The notes: a model not told the origin generated them from the sequence alone. DNA of 64,000 nt from Candidatus Woesearchaeota archaeon (GCA_043812195.1 JBDRML010000016.1:75780-139779); one strand, 5' to 3'. Counted from the stretch's first letter, positions 1-10,337 are shown. Program-made: numbers and translations.

Positions 1-534
1 ACCACCCGCACTCTTATAACATCCAGTTACAGAACCAGAACATTCTAAATTACAATCTTGTCTATTTGTAATTCCACCAATAAATTGTTCGCCACCTAAA
101 TCAGTTCTACAAACTTTTTCTTCTTGAACACTACAAGAACCAAATTGTATGCAACATCCAGATTGACAAGCACTAACAGATTCCTTAGAAGCACCTAAAT
201 GAAAAGTGCCGCCATCTGTTTTACATCTAACTTCTTCAACATTATCTAAACAACCACCAACATCAGAAGGGACACATGCACCTTTTTGACACTCATTTAT
301 TTCTCCTTTAGTCTGAAAATTCCATTCATGCCCTCCTGCACATCCACCATAAGCATCCCAACCTTGTCCATTAGAAACTTCAACACAATAATCTCCATTA
401 TTAGTTAAACCGCAAGTATCAACATTAGCAGCTGAAACTTCTTCAGTATTTAAAACCAAAGCAAAATTAATAACAGCTACAATCATTATAACTGAGAAAA
501 ATACAGCAATTGATTTTCTAATAGCATATTTCAT
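1..534 (-). CDS. Secreted Cys-rich surface protein, partial (runs off window start)
   Basis: Not in the ORF track. ATG at 534 overlaps the upstream stop (ATGA). Translates MKYAIRKSIAVFFSVIMIVAVINFALVLNTEEVSAANVDTCG... and stays open to position 1, with a signal peptide and many Cys. Confidence 0.8.
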   Translation of the reverse strand, partial: MKYAIRKSIAVFFSVIMIVAVINFALVLNTEEVSAANVDTCGLTNNGDYCVEVSNGQGWDAYGGCAGGHEWNFQTKGEINECQKGACVPSDVGGCLDNVEEVRCKTDGGTFHLGASKESVSACQSGCCIQFGSCSVQEEKVCRTDLGGEQFIGGITNRQDCNLECSGSVTGCYKSAGG

Positions 535-1367
535 TCTTCAATTATAAAGTGAAATCTTAAAGCTTCACCATCCTCCTCATCTTCATATCCTTCTAAATAC
601 CACGGCTTAAATCCTTCATCATTAGGACCATTTGCAATTGAAGCAGCTAAAATATCTCCCCCTTGCTCATGATCCCACACATAATCATCAATTTCAAATC
701 CTTCTCCACCACATTCTCCATTCACAACATCAATAGCAATCATATAAATGTCAAACAAATTAGAATCCAAATCAATAGATAAATCTCTAAAATCAGTGCT
801 ATAACCAGATTTACTTATTTTAACTGGAAAACTAACATCCTGTCTTATTTTTTTAGGTAAAATATCAGGAGCATCTAAATTCAATTTTAAAAATTCATAA
901 TCTAAATCCAAACCTTCTCTTTCAAATTCTACAAAAGAACTACCAATACAATTCTCCAAATCTTCTCTCTGCTCAGCACTATTCATAAATAACTTTATCT
1001 GTTTAGCAACATTAAAAAGCAAAGGCAATGTATTTGCATCACCTTTACAAGCATAACCAATACTTATATTTTCAAAACATTCTTCAGAATTTAAATCATA
1101 ATCAACACACACATTTTCATAATAAACAGGATTGTAAAATCCACCTTGCCAAGAAACTAATCTAACACCTTCCATCAGCTTAGAACTCACACAATTTCTA
1201 ACAACATTCTTAATAGGTTCAACTCTAGCAGAAACAAATCTCTCAGCTTCTTCATCATCTAAATCTCCTTTAAATATAGTATCTCTAAAAAAGAATAAAA
1301 GCCCAACTATAATTAAAACAACAATACCCAGAATAATAAAAATTGTTACTTGACCTCTTTTATTCAT
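531..1367 (-). CDS. Class III signal peptide (pilin-like N-terminus) secreted protein
   Basis: N-terminus MNKRG|QVTIFIILGIVVLII is a typical archaeal type IV prepilin-like cleavage motif. Confidence 0.7.
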   Translation of the reverse strand: MNKRGQVTIFIILGIVVLIIVGLLFFFRDTIFKGDLDDEEAERFVSARVEPIKNVVRNCVSSKLMEGVRLVSWQGGFYNPVYYENVCVDYDLNSEECFENISIGYACKGDANTLPLLFNVAKQIKLFMNSAEQREDLENCIGSSFVEFEREGLDLDYEFLKLNLDAPDILPKKIRQDVSFPVKISKSGYSTDFRDLSIDLDSNLFDIYMIAIDVVNGECGGEGFEIDDYVWDHEQGGDILAASIANGPNDEGFKPWYLEGYEDEEDGEALRFHFIIEE

Positions 1368-1580
1368 TATTAACTTAAAAACAAGATAGAAACTTATAAA
1401 CTTTTCCTTTTATTAGTTTACGACATAAATAAAATATAAAAACTATTAAAGATTTTTCCATTATTTAACACCTTAAGCTATTTCTAAGATATATTAATAT
1501 AACTTACTTTTGTCCAGTAACTATATCAATCTTGAAACTATTAATAATTAGAAAAAACAAGATTTATAATATTTAATTAT

Positions 1581-1922
1581 TCACCTACCTTCTGCCCCTA
1601 TCACAATTTTATTTCCAATTTTTGTTATAGATATTTCAGTATGCTCATCCAATTTAAGTTGTTTTTCTAAGTCACTGGGTATTCTAAATGTTAAACCACC
1701 CCCGCTTTTTGACAGATGTCTATAAAGCTTTAACGGCTCAGGCCAAACACCTAATTTTCTTGCTACTTCAATTGTTTTTTGTGTTTCTTCTTCAAAAGGG
1801 AACTCTTCATTACAATTAATACATCTCTCCCCCTTAACTATAAACACATAACCTTCAATTTCTAATACTATATCCTCTACTTTTATTAAATTTCCTTTCT
1901 CACATGTTAGACATTTTCTCAT
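1581..1922 (-). CDS. Antitoxin-like protein: YgiT/MqsA-type zinc ribbon fused to AbrB/SpoVT DNA-binding domain
   Basis: CxxC...CxxC N-terminus; C-terminal LSKSGGGLTFRIPSDLEKQLKL is AbrB-like; overlaps the upstream small basic gene. Confidence 0.7.
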   Translation of the reverse strand: MRKCLTCEKGNLIKVEDIVLEIEGYVFIVKGERCINCNEEFPFEEETQKTIEVARKLGVWPEPLKLYRHLSKSGGGLTFRIPSDLEKQLKLDEHTEISITKIGNKIVIGAEGR

Positions 1923-2161
1923 TTTCCTTCAGCTCCAGTTATTATGAAAATTTCTTTATAATCCTCATCCTTTATAAATATTAATTTCCTACTTTTTCTT
2001 TTTGTCCTCATATATGCCTCATATTTATTTTTGCCAACTTTGTCAATCTTATACGCATTCTCCAATGCATTTTTTAGTGAATAAATATCATAATCCCACT
2101 TTCTCATCCATGTTAAAATAAAATGCTTGCTTGGTCTAATTTTGTAGTTACTTATGTCCAT
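1919..2161 (-). CDS. Putative toxin, DUF4258/RelE-like small basic protein
   Basis: 80 aa with SKHF...RK at the N-terminus and IFIIT at the C-terminus; translationally coupled to the Zn-ribbon/AbrB gene. Confidence 0.55.
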   Translation of the reverse strand: MDISNYKIRPSKHFILTWMRKWDYDIYSLKNALENAYKIDKVGKNKYEAYMRTKRKSRKLIFIKDEDYKEIFIITGAEGK

Positions 2162-2267
2162 ACTTTTTCACTACTTTTTGTGGTATTTTTGATATATATA
2201 AATCTTTCTTTTTTAGTAGCTAAACGGTTACTTTTTTAGAACCCTCATTTCACTTGTCTATCAACTA

Positions 2268-3017
2268 CTATTTGTTCTCAACTCTCGGAGCCAAGATAGT
2301 CATCAAATGTAATTTATCAGTAACTCTGTACTCAACTTGTAATGGATAGTCATCAGAAAACTTTATAGAAACATTATCAGCCAATCTAGCACCTTTTACA
2401 ATTTTTTTCAAATACTCTGCAGAATATTTTGCTTTTGTAATTTTATCATTATCAAACTTAAACTTATTTTCCTCACTTCTTCTAACTTCAAATCTTGCAT
2501 CACTAACATTTCCACTAGATTCTAAAACAAAAATATCACCATCTGCAACTAAAGAAATAGAATCCGCAACAATTCCCATATCATCTACAGCATCACTAAA
2601 GAAATGTGCAGCTATTTCAACACTAGCAGCAAAATTCAAATCTGGAACATTCTGGGCTTTATCCTGTAAATCAATTAAACCTATATTAAAACTTCTATTA
2701 ATCTCTCCTTTCAAATCAACTTTTAATTTATTCTTGCCTTCATCTAATTCCATTATAATACTATCAGAAGGTTTAGCTCTGCCTAAAATCTGTCTAAACA
2801 AATCTAAATTAATAGCAAAACTTTCTTCATCCTTAACATCATACTCGACAAAAGCGCTACTTAACAAATTAAAAACAACCATGGCAACATTAGCAGGATC
2901 CATAGCAACTATCTCTAATTTATTAGAATCCAATTTAATCCGAACATCATTAACAAGTTCAGAAATGATATTTATACCTTCTTTCAAAAGTCGTGGTTCA
3001 GCTAATACTAATTTCAT
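2268..3017 (-). CDS. pcn: DNA polymerase sliding clamp PCNA
   Basis: AMDPANVAMV, KYSAEYLKKI, DYPLQVEY and LAPRVE motifs; likely start at MKLVLAEP (3017). Confidence 0.97.
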   Translation of the reverse strand: MKLVLAEPRLLKEGINIISELVNDVRIKLDSNKLEIVAMDPANVAMVVFNLLSSAFVEYDVKDEESFAINLDLFRQILGRAKPSDSIIMELDEGKNKLKVDLKGEINRSFNIGLIDLQDKAQNVPDLNFAASVEIAAHFFSDAVDDMGIVADSISLVADGDIFVLESSGNVSDARFEVRRSEENKFKFDNDKITKAKYSAEYLKKIVKGARLADNVSIKFSDDYPLQVEYRVTDKLHLMTILAPRVENK

Positions 3018-3063
3018 CAAAAAAAGAGATGGGTATCTCATTTAAATCTATTTCGATTCTGTA

Positions 3064-3390
3064 CTAATACACTCGCCATCTATATCCGCATTTAGTACAC
3101 TCATAAAATTGGGTTTCAGACTCATCACTTGACCTTGTTTGTAATGTCCAGTAATATGCTTGTTTATTTCCACATTTCTTACAATCTTCTTTAACTTTTG
3201 GTAAAGTCTCTACTTTTTTATCACTAACCTCAATTTCTTGACTTTTAGTTAAAGCAACTTTTTCTTTTAAAATTATATTCTCGCTCTTTCCTCTAGGAGA
3301 ATAATTACAACTAGGACATTTCATTTTTTTCTTATCACTATCAAGAATCATTATGGTCCCACACTTTTGACAAAATAGATTCGCCATCAT
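3064..3390 (-). CDS. tfs: Transcription factor S (TFS/RpoM-like)
   Basis: Two Zn ribbons; C-terminal QTRSSDESETQFYECTKCGYRWR motif. Confidence 0.95.
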   Translation of the reverse strand: MMANLFCQKCGTIMILDSDKKKMKCPSCNYSPRGKSENIILKEKVALTKSQEIEVSDKKVETLPKVKEDCKKCGNKQAYYWTLQTRSSDESETQFYECTKCGYRWRVY

Positions 3391-3391
3391 T

Positions 3392-3976
3392 TTATATCAA
3401 CTCCGAAAACGCAATTTTTAACCAGCCAAGATAAGGCACCTTAAAAACGGCCCTCCCAACAACTCTATCTTCTGTAATATCTAATTCATTTAATCCTTGG
3501 CCACTATCCACATTATTATCTCCTTTTGTCTGGAAATGATACTCTCCATCTACATCCCAAACCTTTACAACCCTATGTATGATTGGATTGTCTAAATTTG
3601 ATTGAAATACTAGTATATCCCCTATATTTATATTTTGTGGAGATTCACCAACTAGTATCATAATATCTCCTTTATTAAATCCATTCTTAAATTCAAAGTT
3701 TTCAAAGTCTTCTATTTTTATATTATTACTCTCGTACCATTCTTTATTATCTTCCCACCAAGCAAAAAAATCATTATTATCATGCTCCATACTCCCAGAA
3801 ACAACAGCCACAATAGGAAACCCAGTTCCCAATAGTAAACCTAATCCAGGATATATTAAAAATTTAACAATTATAAATGCTAATACAAAAGATACTAACC
3901 AACTCCAAACTGAATCACTTTTCCATAAAAAATTCCAAGTCTTTTTTAAAGTACTAACCATAAGAATATATGACAA
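3392..3976 (-). CDS. sec11: Signal peptidase I (Sec11/S26B)
   Basis: VVSGSMEH, PIIHRVV and TKGDNN motifs with an N-terminal TM helix. Confidence 0.93.
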   Translation of the reverse strand: MSYILMVSTLKKTWNFLWKSDSVWSWLVSFVLAFIIVKFLIYPGLGLLLGTGFPIVAVVSGSMEHDNNDFFAWWEDNKEWYESNNIKIEDFENFEFKNGFNKGDIMILVGESPQNINIGDILVFQSNLDNPIIHRVVKVWDVDGEYHFQTKGDNNVDSGQGLNELDITEDRVVGRAVFKVPYLGWLKIAFSELI

Positions 3977-3988
3977 AAATAACCCTTT

Positions 3989-4261
3989 TTAAATCTTTTG
4001 AATTTTCTGAAGAATTTCGTTGTTTTTTTTCTTAAGTCTATCAACAGCATCAAATAAAGCTTTTCTAGCTTCTTTCTTGCCAGAAGTCTCTACAGTCAAA
4101 ACAGGATTACTAACTAATGGATGTTCTATATTATAACCAGAAATAGTTACATCAGCCTCATTCCACAACTCTTGTCTCAAAGCATCAGCTAAAGTATGAT
4201 CTTCTCCAATTATCTCAACATTAATTAATTTCTTATCCTCTTCTAAAACTTTAACTTCCAT
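3989..4261 (-). CDS. rpoL: DNA-directed RNA polymerase subunit L (Rpo11)
   Basis: GEDHTLADALR and GYNIEHPL motifs. Confidence 0.95.
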   Translation of the reverse strand: MEVKVLEEDKKLINVEIIGEDHTLADALRQELWNEADVTISGYNIEHPLVSNPVLTVETSGKKEARKALFDAVDRLKKKNNEILQKIQKI

Positions 4262-4307
4262 TTTATAAATGGAAAAAATATAGTCTTTTAAACCTTTCGT
4301 TTTTCAA

Positions 4308-4673
4308 TTATTTAACAAATTCAACATTATCAAGATTTTCAAACTCTTTATCTCCTGTAACAAACTTCCATTTCCTATTTATTGATATAGCATATCCCAA
4401 ACAATCTATATAACTAAATTTTTTTGGTTTAAATTTAGATTTTAATTTTGAAGCAAGTTTTATATCTTCTATGTCAAATGATATTAAAAGTTCTTTAAAT
4501 TTTTCAGTTATTTCATCCGCTTTTCCCTCTCCAAAAGATTTAAGAATAGCATTATGTAACTCTAAAAGATTAAGTAATGATGTAAAATTTATAGTGTCCT
4601 TAAACTTTTCATAATTATTATTTTCCTTAACAATTTCAATTAATGCATAAGTGTCTAAGAGATATTCTTCCAT
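4308..4673 (-). CDS. vapC: PIN-domain VapC toxin
   Basis: LLDTYALIE, SYIDCLGYA and VTGDKEF acidic PIN motifs. Confidence 0.9.
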   Translation of the reverse strand: MEEYLLDTYALIEIVKENNNYEKFKDTINFTSLLNLLELHNAILKSFGEGKADEITEKFKELLISFDIEDIKLASKLKSKFKPKKFSYIDCLGYAISINRKWKFVTGDKEFENLDNVEFVK

Positions 4674-4909
4674 TTCCTTTTTTCAGCTTCATACTCCTCT
4701 TTTCTAATCTCATCCTTAAATTTCTGTGTATCTATTTTCCAATTCTTTAAAGTCCCAAAAGTCTCTCTTAAAACATTCCTGCCTTCTCTTTTAACCAAAA
4801 CTGTAACTTCATCTCCTTCTTTTATATTCTCATCTTTAACTTCACCAATAGGTATAATTACACCAAACGAATTTCCCCATTTCCTTAATTTAGATTTGAT
4901 TTCTATCAT
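4655..4909 (-). CDS. vapB: AbrB/MazE-family antitoxin (VapB)
   Basis: LRKWGNSFGVIIP motif; overlaps vapC. Confidence 0.88.
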   Translation of the reverse strand: MIEIKSKLRKWGNSFGVIIPIGEVKDENIKEGDEVTVLVKREGRNVLRETFGTLKNWKIDTQKFKDEIRKEEYEAEKRKWKNIS

Positions 4910-4954
4910 GTATAAACAGTATAATTATTTATATAAAAACCTTTCGTTTTTCAA

Positions 4955-5419
4955 TTATTCTACTTTTTTGAGTATATCACCAATAGTCACAGCCTTATCC
5001 CCAAAATTCACAGATTTTTCTTTTTTAGACATACTTTGCTCAACACTCTCAACCAAATCTATTGCTAAAAACACAGAAATTTTTTTAGCTAATTTAAAAC
5101 TAGGTTTTAATCTTCCAGTCTCTAACTGATGTATCACAGATTCTTTCTCAGCAATAGCTTTAGCCAAATCTTCTTGTTTCATTCCTCTTCTCTCTCTAGC
5201 TCTTTTAATTCTATCTGGAAAATCCTCTTTAATAATATCCACATATTGAAAAGTAGCTTCTTCCTCTCGTCTCCTCTCTAATTGTTTTTCAACAACAGGT
5301 TGATTAACCGCAATTACATTGCCATGTTTAGAACAATCAAGACAAATTCTCATCATCGCACCTTCAACAATAGCATCAACTAATTCACCACCTTTTCCAC
5401 ACATTTCGCAACCAACCAT
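4955..5419 (-). CDS. mbf1: Archaeal multiprotein bridging factor 1 (Zn ribbon + HTH)
   Basis: CEMCG...CLDC ribbon followed by ARERRGMKQEDLAKAI HTH and a TIGD tail. Confidence 0.92.
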   Translation of the reverse strand: MVGCEMCGKGGELVDAIVEGAMMRICLDCSKHGNVIAVNQPVVEKQLERRREEEATFQYVDIIKEDFPDRIKRARERRGMKQEDLAKAIAEKESVIHQLETGRLKPSFKLAKKISVFLAIDLVESVEQSMSKKEKSVNFGDKAVTIGDILKKVE

Positions 5420-5456
5420 ACAAAAGGTAATCTACTTAAAATTAAAAAGATTGTGG

Positions 5457-6113
5457 TTATAAAAAACTCTCAATATCTTCAAAACTATGCAATCCATGCA
5501 AAACAACAGATTCATCAATCATCACAGCAGGTGTTTCTTTAACATTATAAGTGCTAACAAATATATCAATCACACTAACATCCAAATCAATAGGTAATGG
5601 AATCAACATTATATCTCTACCATATTTTTCTTTTAAATCTCCTAAAATACCAGATTGAACTTTCTGTTCCTGTTTTTCAAAATCAGAATTAGGATCATCC
5701 TTATAAAAATAAACAACATTATGATAATCAGCATTACACCTCTCTTTCAATAAAATAGCATTCATAAAAAACTCAGTCTTCAACAAAGCATACTTTCTTT
5801 TTTCTTTAAGCAATTTTTCATCAAATTTATTAGCTTGCTCATTCAACTCTATCTGTCTTCCTCTAGCATAAATAGCATCTGAAAACTCTAAATTTTCTTC
5901 AATTGCATATTCACAAAAATCTCTTCCCAATAACTGATAAAAATCAGTCCTTAATTTAGAATCTTGCCATCTCAACTCCAAATCCTCATAACCATCTTGA
6001 ATACCCTCGGTTCTAATGCTTTCTATATAAACACCCAATAAAAGCCCAACTATAAAAATAACCAAAGTAGCTATTGCAGCTTTCCAAAATACACTCTTTT
6101 GATTCTCTACCAT
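5457..6113 (-). CDS. Membrane-anchored protein with C-terminal thioredoxin-like fold
   Basis: N-terminal TM; VVYFY...YNVKETPAVMID pattern; coupled to the GT2 gene. Confidence 0.55.
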   Translation of the reverse strand: MVENQKSVFWKAAIATLVIFIVGLLLGVYIESIRTEGIQDGYEDLELRWQDSKLRTDFYQLLGRDFCEYAIEENLEFSDAIYARGRQIELNEQANKFDEKLLKEKRKYALLKTEFFMNAILLKERCNADYHNVVYFYKDDPNSDFEKQEQKVQSGILGDLKEKYGRDIMLIPLPIDLDVSVIDIFVSTYNVKETPAVMIDESVVLHGLHSFEDIESFL

Positions 6114-7327
6114 TCACTATACCCCTTAATCCATTTAAAAAATGAAACTATCAAAATAACAGGAAACGTAGTTAAATAAAACAAAGCATATATAATAAAT
6201 GAAAACCTAATTTTCACTTCAGCTTTCTTCAAAGTTCTTAAAGAAATTATAATTCCAACCAAAAAAATAAGAACTAATAAAATACCAAAAACAGTCAACA
6301 CATTAGGCAAAAGATTAATTTCCGGCATCCTGGCTAATCCTTCCCCTGCTTTCACACTATAACTAGCAAGTATGACCCAATTAAAAAGTCTATGCAAAAT
6401 CACACCTAAAAACACTGAAAACCCTGCAAAAGATAAAATTATATGCGTTAAAAAGAAAGGAATCACAAATACACCAAACATTGCGTAGTTTGTCTTAAAC
6501 ATATACTTCCTATGCTTCCAAAAAGTCTGAAAACCTCCAACACTCCACCGTATTCTCTGTCTCCACCAAACCTTAAGTTTACTAGGAGCTAAAGTAAAAG
6601 AATGTGCAATAGATTCCATCCTTATCTTATATTTATATCTTAACAAATTCCACGCTATTTCAATGTCTTCAGTCATAACATTTTTATCAAAACCTCCAAC
6701 TTCATTCAAAGCAGATTTTCTATACATGCTTAAAGATCCTGGAGTAACAAACACACTATCTAAAAAATCTAAAATCCTTCTTGTCCATGCAATTAAAGCA
6801 TATTCCATAGCCTGCATTTTTTCCATAAGATTATTTTTATTCTTAACTAAAGCAGTTCCAGTAACAGCACCAACTCTTTCATCCTTAAAATGTCTAGACA
6901 TCTTCCTAAATGCTATCGATTCAGGGTGAGAATCACTATCAATAATTCCAATTAATTCACCTTTAGCTATTTTAGTAGCTTGATTAATAGAATCTGGTTT
7001 TCCACTATTTGGCTTTGTAAAAACTTTAACTCCCCTATCTTCAAATGTCTTAGCAATTTCTTCAGTTCGGTCAGTACTGCCATCATTCACCACAATAACT
7101 TCAAATTTATCTTTAGGATAATCACTAGCTAAAACAGATTCCAGAGTATCTGCTATTGTATCTTCTTCATTATACGCAGGGATTAAAACAGTCAGACTAG
7201 GAGTATAATCTTCAGGAGTATCATCAAAATATTTAGACCTATTCTTAAAAAATACCATCAATGTGACTAATGAAAAGTACAGAGATGTCAAAATATAAAA
7301 CAAATATACAATAGTTAAAGCGTTCAT
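6107..7327 (-). CDS. Processive-type GT2 glycosyltransferase (PgaC/cellulose-synthase-like)
   Basis: IPAYNEE, VNDGSTD, IDSD, TEDIE and QRIRW (QxxRW) motifs plus TM helices. Confidence 0.9.
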   Translation of the reverse strand: MNALTIVYLFYILTSLYFSLVTLMVFFKNRSKYFDDTPEDYTPSLTVLIPAYNEEDTIADTLESVLASDYPKDKFEVIVVNDGSTDRTEEIAKTFEDRGVKVFTKPNSGKPDSINQATKIAKGELIGIIDSDSHPESIAFRKMSRHFKDERVGAVTGTALVKNKNNLMEKMQAMEYALIAWTRRILDFLDSVFVTPGSLSMYRKSALNEVGGFDKNVMTEDIEIAWNLLRYKYKIRMESIAHSFTLAPSKLKVWWRQRIRWSVGGFQTFWKHRKYMFKTNYAMFGVFVIPFFLTHIILSFAGFSVFLGVILHRLFNWVILASYSVKAGEGLARMPEINLLPNVLTVFGILLVLIFLVGIIISLRTLKKAEVKIRFSFIIYALFYLTTFPVILIVSFFKWIKGYSEW

Positions 7328-7376
7328 TCTACCTCAAAAACAGAAACCCCAGAATTATTATAAAGATTGTGATTAA

Positions 7377-7901
7377 TTATAAAGTTTTCAAACCTTCTAA
7401 ACTAATTTCATTTCCACCATCTAATCTCTCTTTTAATTTATCTTCAACTACATCAAAATAATCATAAAATTTAGGAGTCAACTTCAACAACCTAGTTCTT
7501 CCAAATTTCTCAGTCACTATAAAATTTTCTTCCTTCAACTTCCTAACATGATCATAAGCCTTATTTCCCCTAATTCCAATAATATCTGCCTGGATTGCTG
7601 GTTGTCTATAAGCAATAATAGCCAAAGTCTCCTGAGTAGGTTTATCTAACTCAGCATCGCTTAATAATTGTTCAGTTAAATAAATATATTCTTTCCTTAA
7701 ATTTAATTTCCATCTATTATTCTCAAAAACAACCTCTAAAGCCCCTTCCTTTTTCCCATATTCCTCTTTTAATTCTCCCAAAATCTGTTTTAAGTATCCC
7801 ACACTACCAATCCCTGCTAATTTAGATATTTCATCAATAGTCAGAAATCTCCCTGTAGTAAACAATACAGCTTCAACTCTATGCTTAGGATTATCTTCCA
7901 T
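7377..7901 (-). CDS. scpB: SMC-Scp complex subunit ScpB
   Basis: VEAVLF, ETLAIIAYRQP, IRG and TPKFYDYF motifs. Confidence 0.93.
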   Translation of the reverse strand: MEDNPKHRVEAVLFTTGRFLTIDEISKLAGIGSVGYLKQILGELKEEYGKKEGALEVVFENNRWKLNLRKEYIYLTEQLLSDAELDKPTQETLAIIAYRQPAIQADIIGIRGNKAYDHVRKLKEENFIVTEKFGRTRLLKLTPKFYDYFDVVEDKLKERLDGGNEISLEGLKTL

Positions 7902-7980
7902 AAATACATATGTGTTTTCTTAATTTATAAATCTAATGCTAAAAAGAAAGATTTAAAACAAATCCAATAAATTTAGATTT

Positions 7981-8562
7981 ATGAGAGAATTCATATATTT
8001 TTCAAGAGATGCAAGAACTTCTGGTAATTTTCAAGATTTAATGAAAGCAGGTAGAATGGATATAGCCTGCCACACAATAATAGCAGCCTTTTTCCTATCT
8101 CATAATTTAAGAGAAGACGTAAAATTGCATTTAATTTTTTACGGTCCTCCAGATCCACCAAAACATTTAGAAATTATAAGCTCAGAAAGGTTGCACGAAT
8201 TCTTAAGTAAAAAAGACGTAGCAGGACTAATAAAAAGAATGTTATTCAAATATAAAAAAGGAAAGAAAACAGAACCATTTCCATCCTGTTTCATAGAAAA
8301 AAAGCCATTATTAAATTTAATAGAAGAATTAAAAAAAGAAGGTAAAGAAATATACATTCTAGACAAAAAAGGAAATTCATTAAGAAACCAAAAACTATCA
8401 AATAAATCTGTATTTTTATTAGGAGATCACAAAGGAATACCACAAAAAGAAAAAAAGAGAATATCAAAAATCGCAGAAAAAGTTTCAATAGGTCCACAAA
8501 TGTATTTTGCTAGTCACACCTTAACTATTCTACAAAATGAATTAGATATAAGAAATCTTTAA
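7981..8562 (+). CDS. trmY: tRNA (pseudouridine54-N1)-methyltransferase, SPOUT
   Basis: AGRMDIAC, GPPDPPK, LGDHKG, SIGP and QNELD motifs. Confidence 0.9.
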   Translation: MREFIYFSRDARTSGNFQDLMKAGRMDIACHTIIAAFFLSHNLREDVKLHLIFYGPPDPPKHLEIISSERLHEFLSKKDVAGLIKRMLFKYKKGKKTEPFPSCFIEKKPLLNLIEELKKEGKEIYILDKKGNSLRNQKLSNKSVFLLGDHKGIPQKEKKRISKIAEKVSIGPQMYFASHTLTILQNELDIRNL

Positions 8563-9659
8563 ATCTTAAACCTTAAAATTGCACCCATGCCACCAATTTT
8601 TCCCAATTGTTGACCTTCAGCACTATCAATAGAAATCATTACAACACTAGCACCTATATCTTCTGCTTTCTTCTCCAACTCTTCAACTATTTTATCATCT
8701 AAATCTTCAGACAACAATAATACATCAACAGCACCCATTTCTAAAGCCTTCCTAACATCTTTCTCTTTGTAAACACCTTTATTGCCACCCTTAGTAGACA
8801 TAGAATTAAAAAACCTCTCCATAATTTTCTTTTCTTCTATAATTCCTTCTTTACCCAAAACATCGTGACTCTTATCCACAAGCTCATTCAAACCAAACTC
8901 TCCAGTATAACTTAAATCCTTTACACCAATTATTTTTTCTTTAATTCTAGCATGCAAATAATCACCATCTAAAAAAGTATCTTTAGTAGGACCAGGACCT
9001 CCGACTATAATTCCTTTTAAATCTTCCATCTCAATAAATTCTTTATTACAAGCACTTCCAACTTTCTTAAAAAAATTATGAGCAGCCTCTTCTCTTAATC
9101 TAGCATACCTGGCTTGTGATTGTCCGCCTTTAGTAGTTTTTCCAGGAACATCAGATGTAAAATTAGCAATCTTAGCAATATAATTTCCTTTCAAATATCC
9201 CAAAGTTCCTTCTCTCCTATCAACAACAAGTAAACCATAAACACCTTTATGAACCATCATATCTTTCAAAATATCAACCACAAAAGTCTGATCACATCTA
9301 TAAAGACGAATATTCAAAGGATGTGAAGGTTCAATACTAAACACTTGAATATCAATCTGGTTCTCTTTATCACTAATATTACCACCAAAAACAGCTAAAC
9401 CATTTTCAGGTGTTTTCTTAAATAATCTCAAATGTCTAATAACTTTCTCCAAAGCATCAATAACATTAGTTCTAGTTCTTTTATCTTTAATATTAGAAGC
9501 AGTTCCTTGTTCTTCCATTAAATGATGAATAATTTTAATCAAATCATAACCAGCAGGAACATAAACACTAACTAATTCAGTATGTCTACCTCTATACTGT
9601 TCCAAATTCTCAATAAATTTCCTTAACTCTCTCTTTTGTTTTACTTCCATATCATTCAA
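8559..9659 (-). CDS. prf1: Peptide chain release factor aRF1
   Basis: GRHTELVSVYVP, TASNIKD, YRCD and KGGQSQAR motifs. Confidence 0.96.
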   Translation of the reverse strand: MNDMEVKQKRELRKFIENLEQYRGRHTELVSVYVPAGYDLIKIIHHLMEEQGTASNIKDKRTRTNVIDALEKVIRHLRLFKKTPENGLAVFGGNISDKENQIDIQVFSIEPSHPLNIRLYRCDQTFVVDILKDMMVHKGVYGLLVVDRREGTLGYLKGNYIAKIANFTSDVPGKTTKGGQSQARYARLREEAAHNFFKKVGSACNKEFIEMEDLKGIIVGGPGPTKDTFLDGDYLHARIKEKIIGVKDLSYTGEFGLNELVDKSHDVLGKEGIIEEKKIMERFFNSMSTKGGNKGVYKEKDVRKALEMGAVDVLLLSEDLDDKIVEELEKKAEDIGASVVMISIDSAEGQQLGKIGGMGAILRFKI

Positions 9660-9692
9660 AATTCAAAGCCCCTGGAACGTATTTAAACCTTT

Positions 9693-10337
9693 CTAATGAA
9701 TATTTTTAATGTGCCCAACTAACTTTCTCTTCTTATGATAATGGGTAATCTTAACTTTAGTTAACTTTTTTCTCTTTTTCTCTAATCCAAATAAGATAAA
9801 GAATCCAACCAATGCCATCAGACCTACAAAAATAAAAGTATAACTAAATCCAATAAATTCTGCAATTAAAGCTCCAATTAAAGCCGTTACTGCAGTTCCT
9901 ATCCCTGCTAAAGTGGAATATAAACTCCACTCAAAACTTTCATGCTTTTTATCCAAATGAGTACTCCATAATCCCAACCAAGTAGGATGAGCAAATCCTG
10001 CTCCAATACCATTCAAAATTTGAGCTAAATAAATATGCCAGATATTGGTAGAAAAAATATAAATAAACGGAACTATAGAAATCAACAAAGTTCCAAAAAT
10101 CAGCCATTTTACTTTATTATCATGTGAGTCTACATATTTAGAAAAAGGAAGTTGAATAACACTTCTAGTAAGGATAAATAAAGCACTAGCCAATCCAGCA
10201 GCAAATATTGTTCCACCAATTAAATTTTCTTTTATAAAAATAGATAATATTGGAGCTATTAACCCAAAACCAGTAATCAAAAAAATATCAGAAAGCATCA
10301 ACAATCTAATTGTCTTATTAATTTTTACTCCAAACAT
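9693..10337 (-). CDS. Half-size (6-TM) MFS transporter-like protein
   Basis: Six hydrophobic helices with an MFS-like pattern. Confidence 0.75.
   Translation of the reverse strand: MFGVKINKTIRLLMLSDIFLITGFGLIAPILSIFIKENLIGGTIFAAGLASALFILTRSVIQLPFSKYVDSHDNKVKWLIFGTLLISIVPFIYIFSTNIWHIYLAQILNGIGAGFAHPTWLGLWSTHLDKKHESFEWSLYSTLAGIGTAVTALIGALIAEFIGFSYTFIFVGLMALVGFFILFGLEKKRKKLTKVKITHYHKKRKLVGHIKNIH

Noticed and set aside
8559-9659. aRF1 NIKD instead of NIKS as a sign of stop-codon reassignment
   Set aside because: Conserved genes in the window end normally at TAA, TAG and TGA, with no in-frame stops other than the one inside the cbf5 intron.
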